Part shown: positions 30,514-39,500 of the stretch, in pieces
Layout: each line of letters opens with the position of its first letter
Position numbering within the stretch: position 1 is the first letter of the stretch
Assembly (NCBI GenBank): GCA_035546955.1
Contig: DASZVV010000251.1
Coordinates: forward strand, 18,353 to 82,352
DNA length: 64,000 nucleotides
Origin: Bryobacteraceae bacterium
GTDB taxonomy: Bacteria > Acidobacteriota > Terriglobia > Bryobacterales > Bryobacteraceae
Reading direction: 5' to 3'
Made by a program: the position numbers and the translations under genes
The notes under the pieces: generated by a model
Database searches by the model: none
What the model saw: only the letters and a program-made list of their open reading frames with translations
Told to the model about the DNA's origin: nothing

Positions 30514-32199
30514 TTAGCGGGTGCGCCTGCAGAAATCTTCAAGTAGGTCCCGATTCCGGGCGGTGGGCGCCAAGCGGACGAAGCCGTCTTCTTCACCGGT
30601 TGCGGCATCGGTCTCGAACTGCCGGAAAAAGGCCGGGAGATCGGTCCAATGCACGCGGTCGTCGTCATGCTCCGCCCAATTCCACTCCGGTTTGGGTTTT
30701 GATGCCAGAAGGCGCACGGAGAGCCACGCGTCCCCACCCTTTTTCCAGGTTTGCAAAACGCCGCAGGCCGCATCCCGGCGCCAGGTGGGGACATGATCGG
30801 AGCCGGGTTCAATCACGTGAAAGAAGGGGAGCGAATGCTGCCGGTATTCGGCAACAAACGGATCCCGCTGGAAGTATGTGGAGAGCGGGTCGCGGAACGA
30901 AACCAGGAACGCGACGCCGCGATTTTCGATCCTGGGTTGGATGAGCTTCACACGCGCGGAGGCTTGTGCGGCCGCTCCACGCAGTTCCCAGCCGAAGGCA
31001 TATAGATTTACGGCAATCATCGCCGCCAGAAAAACGGCCATCCATCGCCGGACATTCGGGGCCGGCGTCGGAAGCGTGAGTGAGGCGCAGAGGGCGGCAA
31101 TCAGCGCCGGATAAAGCGTCTCATAGCGGGCTGGCTCGCTTGTTTCGAACAGAAAGACGGCGAACAGTAGGGTAGGGGCAAAGCCGGTGATCATGACGGC
31201 GAGTCCGCTCCACCCTTCGCGGCGGCGGACGAGCGACCAGCACAAGGCCGTCAGCGAAGCGAACGTAAGCACCACTTTCCACAAACCCGCGGTGAGCAGA
31301 TCGTACCAGCGCACCGGCGCATAGGGATCGCCGAAGACGAAGCGTTTGACCAGGAGTCCGTCATCGCCAAAATAAAAAAAAGTGCGGGTGATGCCCGTGG
31401 GAAGGCGGATGAATTGCCGGCCCTGATGAACCCCATGCGCGCTGCCGGAAATCCACTCCGCAAGTAGCGCAAGCGAAGTGATTCCAGCCAGCCAGCCGCC
31501 TATTGCGAAGAGAATGAAACCGGCTGCGCTGGTGGAGACGAGAGAGATGCAGAGGGGGCGGATGCGCCCTCGCCCGGCCGCTCCACCAAACCAGCCGATC
31601 AGGAACGCCGCGGGCAAGCTAAGGACATAGGGAAACCAGATGGCGACGGAGAGCGCCAGCAGGACGCCGCTCGCAATCGCGCGGGCGGTCGAATGCTTCC
31701 GGCGCGCGGCGGCATCCAGGAGGAGAATCTGGCCGCCGAGGTTGAGGGCCAGTCCGGGGTTGTAGGCCGACCCGGAGTGCGTGTAATTCAAAACGGTGGC
31801 GGATAGCAGCAGTCCGGCGGTTATCGCCCAGGCGTGTTGGTTTTGAATGCCAAGCCGGCGGCAAAGCGTATAGCAGAGCGGTACAAGCGCCATGCCGGAG
31901 AGAAAACAAAGGACGAAAAGAACGGCGGTGATTTCGAGAACCGCGCTGCCGTGGAACCACGGCGACAGGGCGCTGTGCCCGGCGCGCCACAGAAAGAAAC
32001 CGAGGGGGCGCCAAAGCAGGTGTCCGAATTCCCACAGCGTCCGGTTTCCGGCGGTCCCCTGGAAATAGCGCAGAATGTCGTCCGCATAAACGGTGGTGTC
32101 GCCGGTCTTCTCCTCCACGGTGAACGCGTAAAGGATCACGTAAAGCAGAATCGCTCCGGGCATCGCGAAGCGCCGGCCCCGCGCTGCGCTTACTGACAT
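30514..32199 (-). CDS. Polytopic membrane protein of unknown function (possibly GT-C-like) with soluble C-terminal domain
   Basis: About ten hydrophobic segments are visible in the translation. No diagnostic motif was recognised. Same strand as smc, 86 bp downstream of it. Confidence 0.6.
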   Translation of the reverse strand: MSVSAARGRRFAMPGAILLYVILYAFTVEEKTGDTTVYADDILRYFQGTAGNRTLWEFGHLLWRPLGFFLWRAGHSALSPWFHGSAVLEITAVLFVLCFLSGMALVPLCYTLCRRLGIQNQHAWAITAGLLLSATVLNYTHSGSAYNPGLALNLGGQILLLDAAARRKHSTARAIASGVLLALSVAIWFPYVLSLPAAFLIGWFGGAAGRGRIRPLCISLVSTSAAGFILFAIGGWLAGITSLALLAEWISGSAHGVHQGRQFIRLPTGITRTFFYFGDDGLLVKRFVFGDPYAPVRWYDLLTAGLWKVVLTFASLTALCWSLVRRREGWSGLAVMITGFAPTLLFAVFLFETSEPARYETLYPALIAALCASLTLPTPAPNVRRWMAVFLAAMIAVNLYAFGWELRGAAAQASARVKLIQPRIENRGVAFLVSFRDPLSTYFQRDPFVAEYRQHSLPFFHVIEPGSDHVPTWRRDAACGVLQTWKKGGDAWLSVRLLASKPKPEWNWAEHDDDRVHWTDLPAFFRQFETDAATGEEDGFVRLAPTARNRDLLEDFCRRTR

Positions 32200-32285
32200 T
32201 CGTCCATTGTACTCAGGGAGAAAAGCCAGGAAACGCTTTCGCCCGGAGCTATTCGAATGAGGGCAGCAACCGGGTTGTACTACCG

Positions 32286-35200
32286 TTATGCGCGAGCGCC
32301 CACGAGTTCGCGGCGCGATGTCGCGTGCGTTCCGTTTTCGCCCGCCGGTTGGAATTTCACCGATACCAGCTTCGAAACTCCGGGCTCTTGCATCGTTACG
32401 CCATACAGCGCCTGGGCTACTTCCATCGTGCGCTTGGAGTGAGTGATGACGACGAATTGCGTCTGGCTCGACATGTCCTGCAGCAGGCGCGTGAGGCGCA
32501 CGATGTTCGGATCGTCGAGCGGCGCATCCACTTCGTCCAGGATACAGAACGGGCTGGGCTGGTAGCGGAAAATCGCCATCAGCAGCGCCATCGCCGTTAA
32601 CGACTTCTCGCCGCCGGAAAGCAGCAGCACGTTCTGAAGCTTCTTGCCCGGGGGCGACGCAACGATATCGATTCCGGACTCGTTGACGTTCAGCTCATCG
32701 GTGAGCCGCATCTCGGCCGCGCCGCCCGAGAACAGCGTGGTGAACATCTCCCGGAAGTTGATGTTGATGGCTTCAAACGCTTCGGCGAACCGCTTGCGCG
32801 TCTCGACGTCAATTTCCTGAATGGCCTTCTCGGTGTCGCGGATCGAATCCAGCAGGTCCTGGCGCTGGGCGTTCAGAAAATCGTAGCGCTGCTGCGCTTC
32901 CTGGAACTCCTGCAACGCGTCGGGGTTCACCGCGCCAAGCGCTTCGATGCGCGCTCGCACCTCCTGGTACTTGGCTTCCGATTCCTCAAGTCCCACTTCA
33001 TCCGGAACAATCTCTTCGCCGGATGCCAGTTCTTCGGCGGCGACACCCAGCTCCTTGCGGCTGGTTTCGTCGAGGAACTTTAACTCGGCCTGGAGCCTCA
33101 CCAGGGCAAGCTCGGTTTGGGATCGATTCTCCTGGGCAGCCTGCGCTTCCGCGCGCAGTTGCTTCAGGGACTCATCCAAGGCGGAAACCGATTCGCGAAA
33201 AGCGGTTTCCGAGCTGGCGAGCTGTTCGACCTCGACCGTCAGCTTTTCAATGGAGGTTTTCAGCTCTCCGGCGCGGCCACCCAAATCGACGTTGTCGGAG
33301 AGCAGACGGGTGCGCTCCACGCCGAGACGCGCCATCTCAGAGGCAAGACCCTCGCGGCGGCGCGAAATTTCACGAAGCTGATCTTCCTTCCGGGCCCGTT
33401 CGCTTTGTGCGGCGCGCCGGCGTTCATCGAGACCGGCGACCTCCGCGCGAAGAGCCGAGTGTTCCTCGGACAGCCGTGTGGCGTCCGCCTGAAGAACTTC
33501 CAATTCGGCGCGCGCCTGTTCCAGCGCCTGCTCCTGCGCGGCGCGGGACTGTTCTTTCTCTTCCACCAGCACCTGGCTCCGGTCTCGCTGTTCGAGCGAG
33601 CGCTCCCGGTCCTTGTTCAGGCGGTCCAGTTCGAGGCGCGACACCGAAAGGCGAGACTGGGTGCGCGAAAATTCCTCCGCTAACTTGCGCGCCTCGTGAT
33701 CGAGGGCAAGGACTTCCTTTTCCTGGGATTGCTGGGTGGCCCGCGCGGCTTCCAAACGCTCGGCGAGAGCCGCGATGCCGGCATCGAGTTCATTCAGGGA
33801 CTCGGTTTCGGCTGCTACTTCCGCCTGCTTTTCGCGCATCAGGCGGGTCAATTCGCGAAGCTCGCGCTTGAGTTGGAGCGGTCCGCTGCCGGTCTTCTTT
33901 CCGCCGCTCACGGCGTGTCCGTGATAGCTAACGCCATCGGGAAGCAGGAAGTAATAGTCGGGGAACTCGGTGGCAAGACTTTGGGCGGCGTCGCGGTCGG
34001 CCGCGAGAAAGCAGTTGCCCAGGCGGGGGAGAAGTCCGGCCGGGGAGTCGGAGAGCCCGTTGGTAAGGCGGACATGGTCGCGGAGGAGCCCGGTGACGCC
34101 GGCGCGAGACCGAATCTCTTCGACACGGCCCGCGCCATGGTTCGCGCTGCCCGCTTCGGGATGGACCAGGAAGGTAGCGCGGCCATCCACGTCTTCCCGC
34201 AGGAGCTGAATGCCTTGGCCTGCCTCCTGCCAGTTGTTTACAACAACATATTCGAGTTCTTCATGAAGAAATTCTTCGGCTGCTTTTTCAACGGAGGGCT
34301 CCACTTCCACAAAATCCGCCAGAACGCCGGACGGGCGGAAATCCGCGCCGCCCTTTTCAATGGCGGTAAAGAGACGCTTCACACCTTCCGCCGTATAAGC
34401 ACGGTGGGAAAGGACTTCGGATAACGAATGATGGCGCGCCTGAAGGCCGGAGGCCGCGGTGCGCAGCTCCTCCAGCTTTTTCCGAGTGGCGGCGGCCTGG
34501 GAGCGCTGTACACTGAGATTTTCTTCGAGGGAGCGCCGTTCCTCCATCACGGAGGCGAGCTGCAACTGGCGGGCGGAAGTGCTTTCGGAAAGCTCCGCCT
34601 TCCGCTGTTCCAGACGCTGCATTTCGGAAACAGCGGAAGCTTCCTCCTGGCGCGCCCGGGTGGTGTCGCGTTCGATGGCCGCGAAATACTCATCCAACTT
34701 GGCGACCTGATTCCGGAGTGAGGAAGCCTCGCCGAGCAGACGGAGGATCTGCTGACGGCCGGCTTCGAGTGTCCGGTTGCGTTCCTGAAGCGAGCGCTGC
34801 AGTTCTTCCCGGCCGGCGCCTTTCGCGGCCAGCCGCTCGCGCCCGGACTGAACCTGTTGTTCCAATTCCGCAACGCTTTGCAGCGCACTTTCAAGTTCCT
34901 GCCTGAACTGGAGCTCGCGCTGTTCCAGGGTCGCCGATTCGGTCTCGCCCTGTGCGAGGCGGGTTTCCATCGACGCAATCTGCTTCGACTGGTAATCGAG
35001 CTTCCCGCGTGTCCGCTCCTCCTCCAGGCGGCATTCGTGGAGCTTGGCCCGCGCTTCGGTGAGGAGCGCTTCCGTGCGATAGCACTGCTCCTGGGCGGCT
35101 GCGTATTCCTTTTCGCTGGAGCCCACCCTATCGTTCAACGATTGGAAAACCGTCTGCGCCTGGCTAAGGTCGAGCGCGGTTTTGGCCGCTTCGCGCTCAA

Positions 35201-36074
35201 TCATGCGGAACTTCCCGGTGAGGGCACGGCGGAGGTGAGCCACCATCTCCACCTTCAATTCTTCGTAGCGCTTCGCCTTGGCGGCCTGGCGCTTCAACGA
35301 ATTGACCTGCCGGCTGACTTCTTCGAGAATGTCGAAGACGCGGCTCAGGTTCTGCTTGGCGCCTTCCAGTTTCGCCTCCGCCAGCCGGCGGCGCGTCTTG
35401 AATTTAGTGATGCCCGCGGCTTCCTCGATCACCGCGCGCCGGTCCTGCGGGCGGTTGCTCAGAATCTGCCCGATGCGCCCCTGTTCGATGATGGCGTAGC
35501 TTTCCGGCCCCAGTCCGGTGCCCAGGAAGAGATCCTGAATGTCGCGCAGGCGCGCGGGGCGGCCGTTGATCAGATATTCACTCTCCCCCGAGCGGTAAAG
35601 CCGGCGGGTGATGGTGATTTCCCGCTCCTTGGAGGGGGTAGCGGCGGTGACAGGGATGCCGTTCGCGGCGGCCACGCCGTTCTGATGCCCATTCCGGTGA
35701 CCATTTTGATGGCCGTTCTGGCTGCCGTTTTGGTGTTCGTCCGAAGCGGCGCCGTCCTTAAAGAGCGGGGGAACGTCGGAAATCGCATTGCTGTCGGGGA
35801 GGACCGTGGGATCCATCAGCGTCATCGTGACAGACGCCATGCCGAGGGGCTTCTTTTGGCCGGTGCCGGCGAAAATCACGTCCTCCATCCGCACGCCGCG
35901 GAGGTTCTTGGCGGACTGCTCGCCCAGGACCCAACTCATCGCGTCGCTAAGATTGGACTTACCGCAGCCGTTCGGCCCTACGACAGCGGCAATGCCGGAG
36001 CCGTTGAACCGCAGTTCGGTCTTGTCGAAGAAGGATTTGAAGCCGTGGATTTCGACTCGTTTGAGTTTCAGCAA
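32286..36074 (-). CDS. smc: Chromosome segregation protein SMC
   Basis: N-terminal MLKLKRVEIHGFKSF...GPNGCGKSN Walker A, long coiled coils, a hinge, and C-terminal LSGGEKSLTAMALLMAIF...ILDEVDAPLD. TTG start with GGGAGG upstream. Confidence 0.95.
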   Translation of the reverse strand: MLKLKRVEIHGFKSFFDKTELRFNGSGIAAVVGPNGCGKSNLSDAMSWVLGEQSAKNLRGVRMEDVIFAGTGQKKPLGMASVTMTLMDPTVLPDSNAISDVPPLFKDGAASDEHQNGSQNGHQNGHRNGHQNGVAAANGIPVTAATPSKEREITITRRLYRSGESEYLINGRPARLRDIQDLFLGTGLGPESYAIIEQGRIGQILSNRPQDRRAVIEEAAGITKFKTRRRLAEAKLEGAKQNLSRVFDILEEVSRQVNSLKRQAAKAKRYEELKVEMVAHLRRALTGKFRMIEREAAKTALDLSQAQTVFQSLNDRVGSSEKEYAAAQEQCYRTEALLTEARAKLHECRLEEERTRGKLDYQSKQIASMETRLAQGETESATLEQRELQFRQELESALQSVAELEQQVQSGRERLAAKGAGREELQRSLQERNRTLEAGRQQILRLLGEASSLRNQVAKLDEYFAAIERDTTRARQEEASAVSEMQRLEQRKAELSESTSARQLQLASVMEERRSLEENLSVQRSQAAATRKKLEELRTAASGLQARHHSLSEVLSHRAYTAEGVKRLFTAIEKGGADFRPSGVLADFVEVEPSVEKAAEEFLHEELEYVVVNNWQEAGQGIQLLREDVDGRATFLVHPEAGSANHGAGRVEEIRSRAGVTGLLRDHVRLTNGLSDSPAGLLPRLGNCFLAADRDAAQSLATEFPDYYFLLPDGVSYHGHAVSGGKKTGSGPLQLKRELRELTRLMREKQAEVAAETESLNELDAGIAALAERLEAARATQQSQEKEVLALDHEARKLAEEFSRTQSRLSVSRLELDRLNKDRERSLEQRDRSQVLVEEKEQSRAAQEQALEQARAELEVLQADATRLSEEHSALRAEVAGLDERRRAAQSERARKEDQLREISRRREGLASEMARLGVERTRLLSDNVDLGGRAGELKTSIEKLTVEVEQLASSETAFRESVSALDESLKQLRAEAQAAQENRSQTELALVRLQAELKFLDETSRKELGVAAEELASGEEIVPDEVGLEESEAKYQEVRARIEALGAVNPDALQEFQEAQQRYDFLNAQRQDLLDSIRDTEKAIQEIDVETRKRFAEAFEAININFREMFTTLFSGGAAEMRLTDELNVNESGIDIVASPPGKKLQNVLLLSGGEKSLTAMALLMAIFRYQPSPFCILDEVDAPLDDPNIVRLTRLLQDMSSQTQFVVITHSKRTMEVAQALYGVTMQEPGVSKLVSVKFQPAGENGTHATSRRELVGARA
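35676..35738 (-). repeat. Imperfect 12-nt tandem repeats encoding (H/S)(Q/R)NG tetrapeptides inside the SMC head domain
   Basis: The translation reads HQNGSQNGHQNGHRNGHQNG. It sits within a low-complexity insertion (about aa 89-150) between conserved SMC head blocks. Confidence 0.6.
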
Positions 36075-36245
36075 TGGAACATCGTCCTCCCTAATTCTTA
36101 TTCTCGGGGGATGACATCATCGTAGTCGGAACGGGTTCGAAAGTAAAGCAGATGAACCCCTAAATTTAGACATCATTTTGCAAGCCCTACTAAATATAGT
36201 AGTGTGTGCGGGGTAGCGGCGCCATTTTCCGCCAGCGGAGGCGGG

Positions 36246-36274
36246 CCTCGGACGCGGCCGGACCGCGGCCGAGG
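36246..36274. other. GC-rich extended hairpin in the smc / DAHP-synthase divergent intergenic region
   Basis: CCTCGG-A-CGCGG-(CCGGA)-CCGCG-G-CCGAGG. The outer pairs GCGG (36235-36238) / CCGC (36277-36280) and GTGTGC (36204-36209) / GCACAC (36290-36295) could extend it. Confidence 0.5.
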
Positions 36275-36312
36275 ATCCGCAGCGGGGATGCACACCACCA
36301 CGAGGTAGGGAC

Positions 36313-36341
36313 TTGCATCGGCTTTTCGAGATATCTATACT
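36313..36341 (+). promoter_or_regulatory. Sigma70-like promoter TTGCAT-17 bp-TATACT
   Basis: TTGCAT at 36313-36318 and TATACT at 36336-36341 with an exact 17-bp spacer. The leader ORF ATG lies 8 nt downstream of the -10 element. Confidence 0.5.
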
Positions 36342-36349
36342 AAAACTTC

Positions 36350-36403
36350 ATGCGTTCCGCCTATTGCAATTCCTTTCGATTTTGGTTCTGGTTTAGCACC
36401 TGA
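36350..36403 (+). CDS. Candidate aromatic-rich leader peptide MRSAYCNSFRFWFWFST (17 codons)
   Basis: ATG at 36350 and TGA at 36401-36403. Seven of 17 residues are Y, F or W, including the run F-R-F-W-F-W-F. It lies between a promoter and an intrinsic terminator, upstream of the DAHP synthase gene. It is too short for the ORF track. Confidence 0.55.
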   Translation: MRSAYCNSFRFWFWFST

Positions 36404-36449
36404 ATCGAGACGGGTGGCGTTGGCGCGATTTTAGATTTGGAAGTAAGCG

Positions 36450-36480
36450 ACCCACTCGAAAGAGTGGGTTTTTTGTTGTT
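36450..36480 (+). terminator. Intrinsic terminator (attenuator) 26 nt upstream of the DAHP synthase start
   Basis: ACCCACTC (36450-36457), a GAAA loop and GAGTGGGT (36462-36469) form a perfect 8-bp stem, followed by TTTTTGTTGTT. Confidence 0.75.
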
Positions 36481-36506
36481 CAGTCAGCCTTTTCAGGAAG
36501 AAAAAA

Positions 36507-37544
36507 ATGATCATCTCGATGAAGCTACAGTCGACGCGGCAGGAAATTGACCAGGTATGCGAGAGAATTCGCGAGTTTGGCTATAAGGTTCACTCCATTG
36601 AGGGAGAGGAGCGGGTCGTCATCGGCGTAGTGGGTATGGGCGATGTGACGGCGTGTCTCGAATCGGTGGAAGCGATGCCTCAAGTGGAGAAAGCGATGCG
36701 CATTTCCGCGCCGTACAAATTTGTGAGCAAGGAATTCAGACCGCACAAGTCGCAGATCCGGGCGAACGGGGTCGAGATCGGCGGCGACGAGTTTATCGTC
36801 ATGGCGGGTCCGTGCTCGGTGGAGAGCGAAAAGCAGATTATGCAGGCCGCCGAGGGCGTGGCGCGCTCGGGCGCCAAGTTCCTGCGCGGCGGAGCGTTCA
36901 AGCCGCGCACTTCGCCTTACGATTTTCAGGGCCTCGAAGAAGAGGGGCTGAAGCTGATGGCCAAGGCCAAGGCCGCGACCGGGTTGGGAATTGTCACGGA
37001 AGTGATGAGCGACCGCGACGTGGATCTGGTGGCCGGATACGCCGATATTCTGCAAATCGGTGCACGCAACATGCAGAACTTTGCGCTCTTGAAGACGTTG
37101 GGGCGCTGCGGCCGGCCGGTGCTGTTGAAGCGCGGCATGAGCTCGACCATTAAAGAACTGCTGATGTCCGCCGAGTATGTCGTGGCGCACGGCAATCCGG
37201 ACGTTATTCTCTGCGAGCGCGGTATTCGCACGTTTGAAACCGCGACCCGCAACACTTGCGACATCACGGCGGTGGCGGTGCTGAACGAGCTGACGCATCT
37301 CCCGGTGATCCTTGACCCCAGCCACGCGACCGGGAAGCGTAGCTTGGTTCCGGCGCTGTCACGCGCGGGCGTGGCGATTGGCGCCGATGGTCTGATTGTC
37401 GAAGTGCACCCGGCGCCCGAAAAGGCAGTCAGCGACGGCGCGCAATCGCTCGACCTGGCGCGTTTTCATACCATGATGGAAGAGTTGAAGCCCTACGTGG
37501 CGCTGTGGAGCACGGCTCGGGCAAGCGAGCTCGCGGCAGTGTAA
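36507..37544 (+). CDS. aroF: 3-deoxy-7-phosphoheptulonate (DAHP) synthase, type I-beta with N-terminal ferredoxin-like regulatory domain
   Basis: [47 protein letters not shown] and ILDPSHATG. An extra domain of about 70 aa at the N-terminus resembles that of the Thermotoga-type enzyme. AGGAAG Shine-Dalgarno. Confidence 0.93.
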   Translation: MIISMKLQSTRQEIDQVCERIREFGYKVHSIEGEERVVIGVVGMGDVTACLESVEAMPQVEKAMRISAPYKFVSKEFRPHKSQIRANGVEIGGDEFIVMAGPCSVESEKQIMQAAEGVARSGAKFLRGGAFKPRTSPYDFQGLEEEGLKLMAKAKAATGLGIVTEVMSDRDVDLVAGYADILQIGARNMQNFALLKTLGRCGRPVLLKRGMSSTIKELLMSAEYVVAHGNPDVILCERGIRTFETATRNTCDITAVAVLNELTHLPVILDPSHATGKRSLVPALSRAGVAIGADGLIVEVHPAPEKAVSDGAQSLDLARFHTMMEELKPYVALWSTARASELAAV

Positions 37545-37557
37545 TCATTAACTAACG

Positions 37558-38520
37558 TTGCATCGCTTCCGCTTCCATCCCTGGCATCTCGCCACCGGGC
37601 TCGTTCTGGTGTGCGTTGTCATTTTGGGGGTGACGTACTGGCTGCAGTTCAACTCCGGGACATCGGCGGGAGAACTGGCCGGCTTTTTACCGGAAGAGAA
37701 TGCAACGCTCCTTTATATCGATGTAGCGTCGTTGCGGGCGGGCGGGTTTCTGGATTTGTTTTCCGGATCGCCCGCCGCGCGCGACCCCGACTATCAGCAA
37801 TTCGTTTCGCGCACGCAGTTCGACTACACCACCGATCTCGACGCGCTGGCTGCGTCCTTTCGCGGGCGCGAGCGATTTCTGGTGCTGCGCGGCCGGTTCA
37901 ACTGGCAGGCGTTGATCTCGTATGTCAACCGGCAGGGCGGGAGTTGCGGCAAAAGCTTCTGCCAGCTCGAGGGCAGCGTCCCTGACCGGAGGATTTCGTT
38001 TTATCCGCTGCGCCGGGATCTAATGGCGCTGGCGGTGAGCCCGGACCCTTTGGCTGCCTACCAGATCCGAAAAGGCGCCCAGGCGGCGCTGGCGATGTTT
38101 CCCCGGGAACCGGCCTGGCTGATCATTCCATCAACTGCGCTCCAGGGGACCGACGCCGTGCCGGAGCGGGCCCGCCCGTTCGTCGAAGCACTACGCGGAG
38201 CGCAGCAGATTGAATTCACGGTCAGCGCGGTTCAGAAGGATCTGCGGCTTTCGGCGTCGATCCGCTGTGACAGTCCCGCGTCGGCCTCCCAGATCGCGAT
38301 GGAAATGGTGAGCGCGCAAGCCTCCCTGCGCGACTTGATGCTGAGGCAGCATCTTCAACCGGGGCCGGCCGATCTCGCGGGTATTTTACTGAACGGATCG
38401 ATCCGCGACGAAGGGAAGCGCGTGGTGGGCCGCTGGCCGGTGCCTCACGAATTTCTGGCCGCCGTCGCATCGGCAACGCCAAGTGAGTCCGTCGATCCGA
38501 TGAACACCCCCAGCCGATGA
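37558..38520 (+). CDS. Hypothetical membrane-anchored protein
   Basis: One N-terminal TM helix and no recognised motif. TTG start per the track. The stop overlaps the next gene's ATG (ATGA at 38517-38520). Confidence 0.6.
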   Translation: MHRFRFHPWHLATGLVLVCVVILGVTYWLQFNSGTSAGELAGFLPEENATLLYIDVASLRAGGFLDLFSGSPAARDPDYQQFVSRTQFDYTTDLDALAASFRGRERFLVLRGRFNWQALISYVNRQGGSCGKSFCQLEGSVPDRRISFYPLRRDLMALAVSPDPLAAYQIRKGAQAALAMFPREPAWLIIPSTALQGTDAVPERARPFVEALRGAQQIEFTVSAVQKDLRLSASIRCDSPASASQIAMEMVSAQASLRDLMLRQHLQPGPADLAGILLNGSIRDEGKRVVGRWPVPHEFLAAVASATPSESVDPMNTPSR

Positions 38521-39500
38521 GCACGCGAAAAGGTGTCCTGGTGGCGGGGAACCTGGTGCTGGACACCGTGGTACTGCCCGTTCCGGATTCGCCGCCGTGG
38601 AATACCAGCTACTGGGTGGACGCGATTGAGCACCACCTGGGCGGAAACGGCGCAAACACCTCGCACGCCATCGCCAAACTGGGAGTGCCGGCGCGCGCGC
38701 TCGGATACGTGGGTGAGGACCCTGCGGGAGACCGGGTGCTGGCGATTCTTCAAGGCGCGGGCGTGGATACGAGAGCGGTGGAGCGAGTGGACTTGCCGAC
38801 CGCGGCGACCGTCGCCCTGGTAAGGGAAGACGGCGCGCGCTGCTTTCTCCATTGCCCTGGAGCAAGCACAAAGGCGTTCCAGCAGGCTCCCGCGATCACG
38901 GCCGCGCTGGCGGAAGGGTGCGGATTCTTTCATCTGGCGAATCCATTCGGAGTACCCGGGCTACGCTCGAACGCGCCGGAGATTTTGCGGCAGGCGCGGG
39001 CGGCCGGGCTGTGCACATCCATCGATGCCGGGTGGGATTCGCGCGGAGAGTGGATGAAAGTGTTCGGCCCGTGCCTCCCGGCGGCCGATGTTGTGTTCGT
39101 CAACGCCGAGGAGGCGCGGCTACTCACCGGGTTGGACGATCCAAACGCGGCAGCGCGAGCCCTGCGGGCAGGTGGGGCGGGCTGCATTGTGCTGAAGCTG
39201 GGGGCACGCGGCTGCTCGGTTCACGCGGAGGGCGGGGAGTGGACGGCGGCCGGCTTTCCGGTAAAGGCCGTGGACACCACCGGAGCGGGCGACTGTTTCG
39301 CTGGAGGATTTATCGCCGCGCTGGCGCGAGGCTACACTCTCCCCGAAGCGGCGCGTTTTGCCAACGCCGTGGGCGCGCTCAGCGTGGGTAAGGCGGGCAG
39401 CACCGCCGGGCTGCTTTCGTTCGAGGGGACGCTCGCGTGGATGGGAGGCGGTTCAGCGGCGCTGCCGGAACGAATCGATGGAGGGCGATCCGGCGCCTGA
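38517..39500 (+). CDS. PfkB-family carbohydrate kinase
   Basis: N-terminal GNLVLDTV...GGNGANT and the C-terminal ATP/anion-hole motif DTTGAGDCFAGGFIAAL. Confidence 0.85.
   Translation: MSTRKGVLVAGNLVLDTVVLPVPDSPPWNTSYWVDAIEHHLGGNGANTSHAIAKLGVPARALGYVGEDPAGDRVLAILQGAGVDTRAVERVDLPTAATVALVREDGARCFLHCPGASTKAFQQAPAITAALAEGCGFFHLANPFGVPGLRSNAPEILRQARAAGLCTSIDAGWDSRGEWMKVFGPCLPAADVVFVNAEEARLLTGLDDPNAAARALRAGGAGCIVLKLGARGCSVHAEGGEWTAAGFPVKAVDTTGAGDCFAGGFIAALARGYTLPEAARFANAVGALSVGKAGSTAGLLSFEGTLAWMGGGSAALPERIDGGRSGA

Noticed and set aside
36133-36142. GGGTTCGAAA string resembling a tRNA T-loop in the smc/aroF intergenic region.
   Set aside because: The flanking sequence cannot form a T-stem, acceptor stem or anticodon arm. 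No tRNA-like cloverleaf could be drawn.
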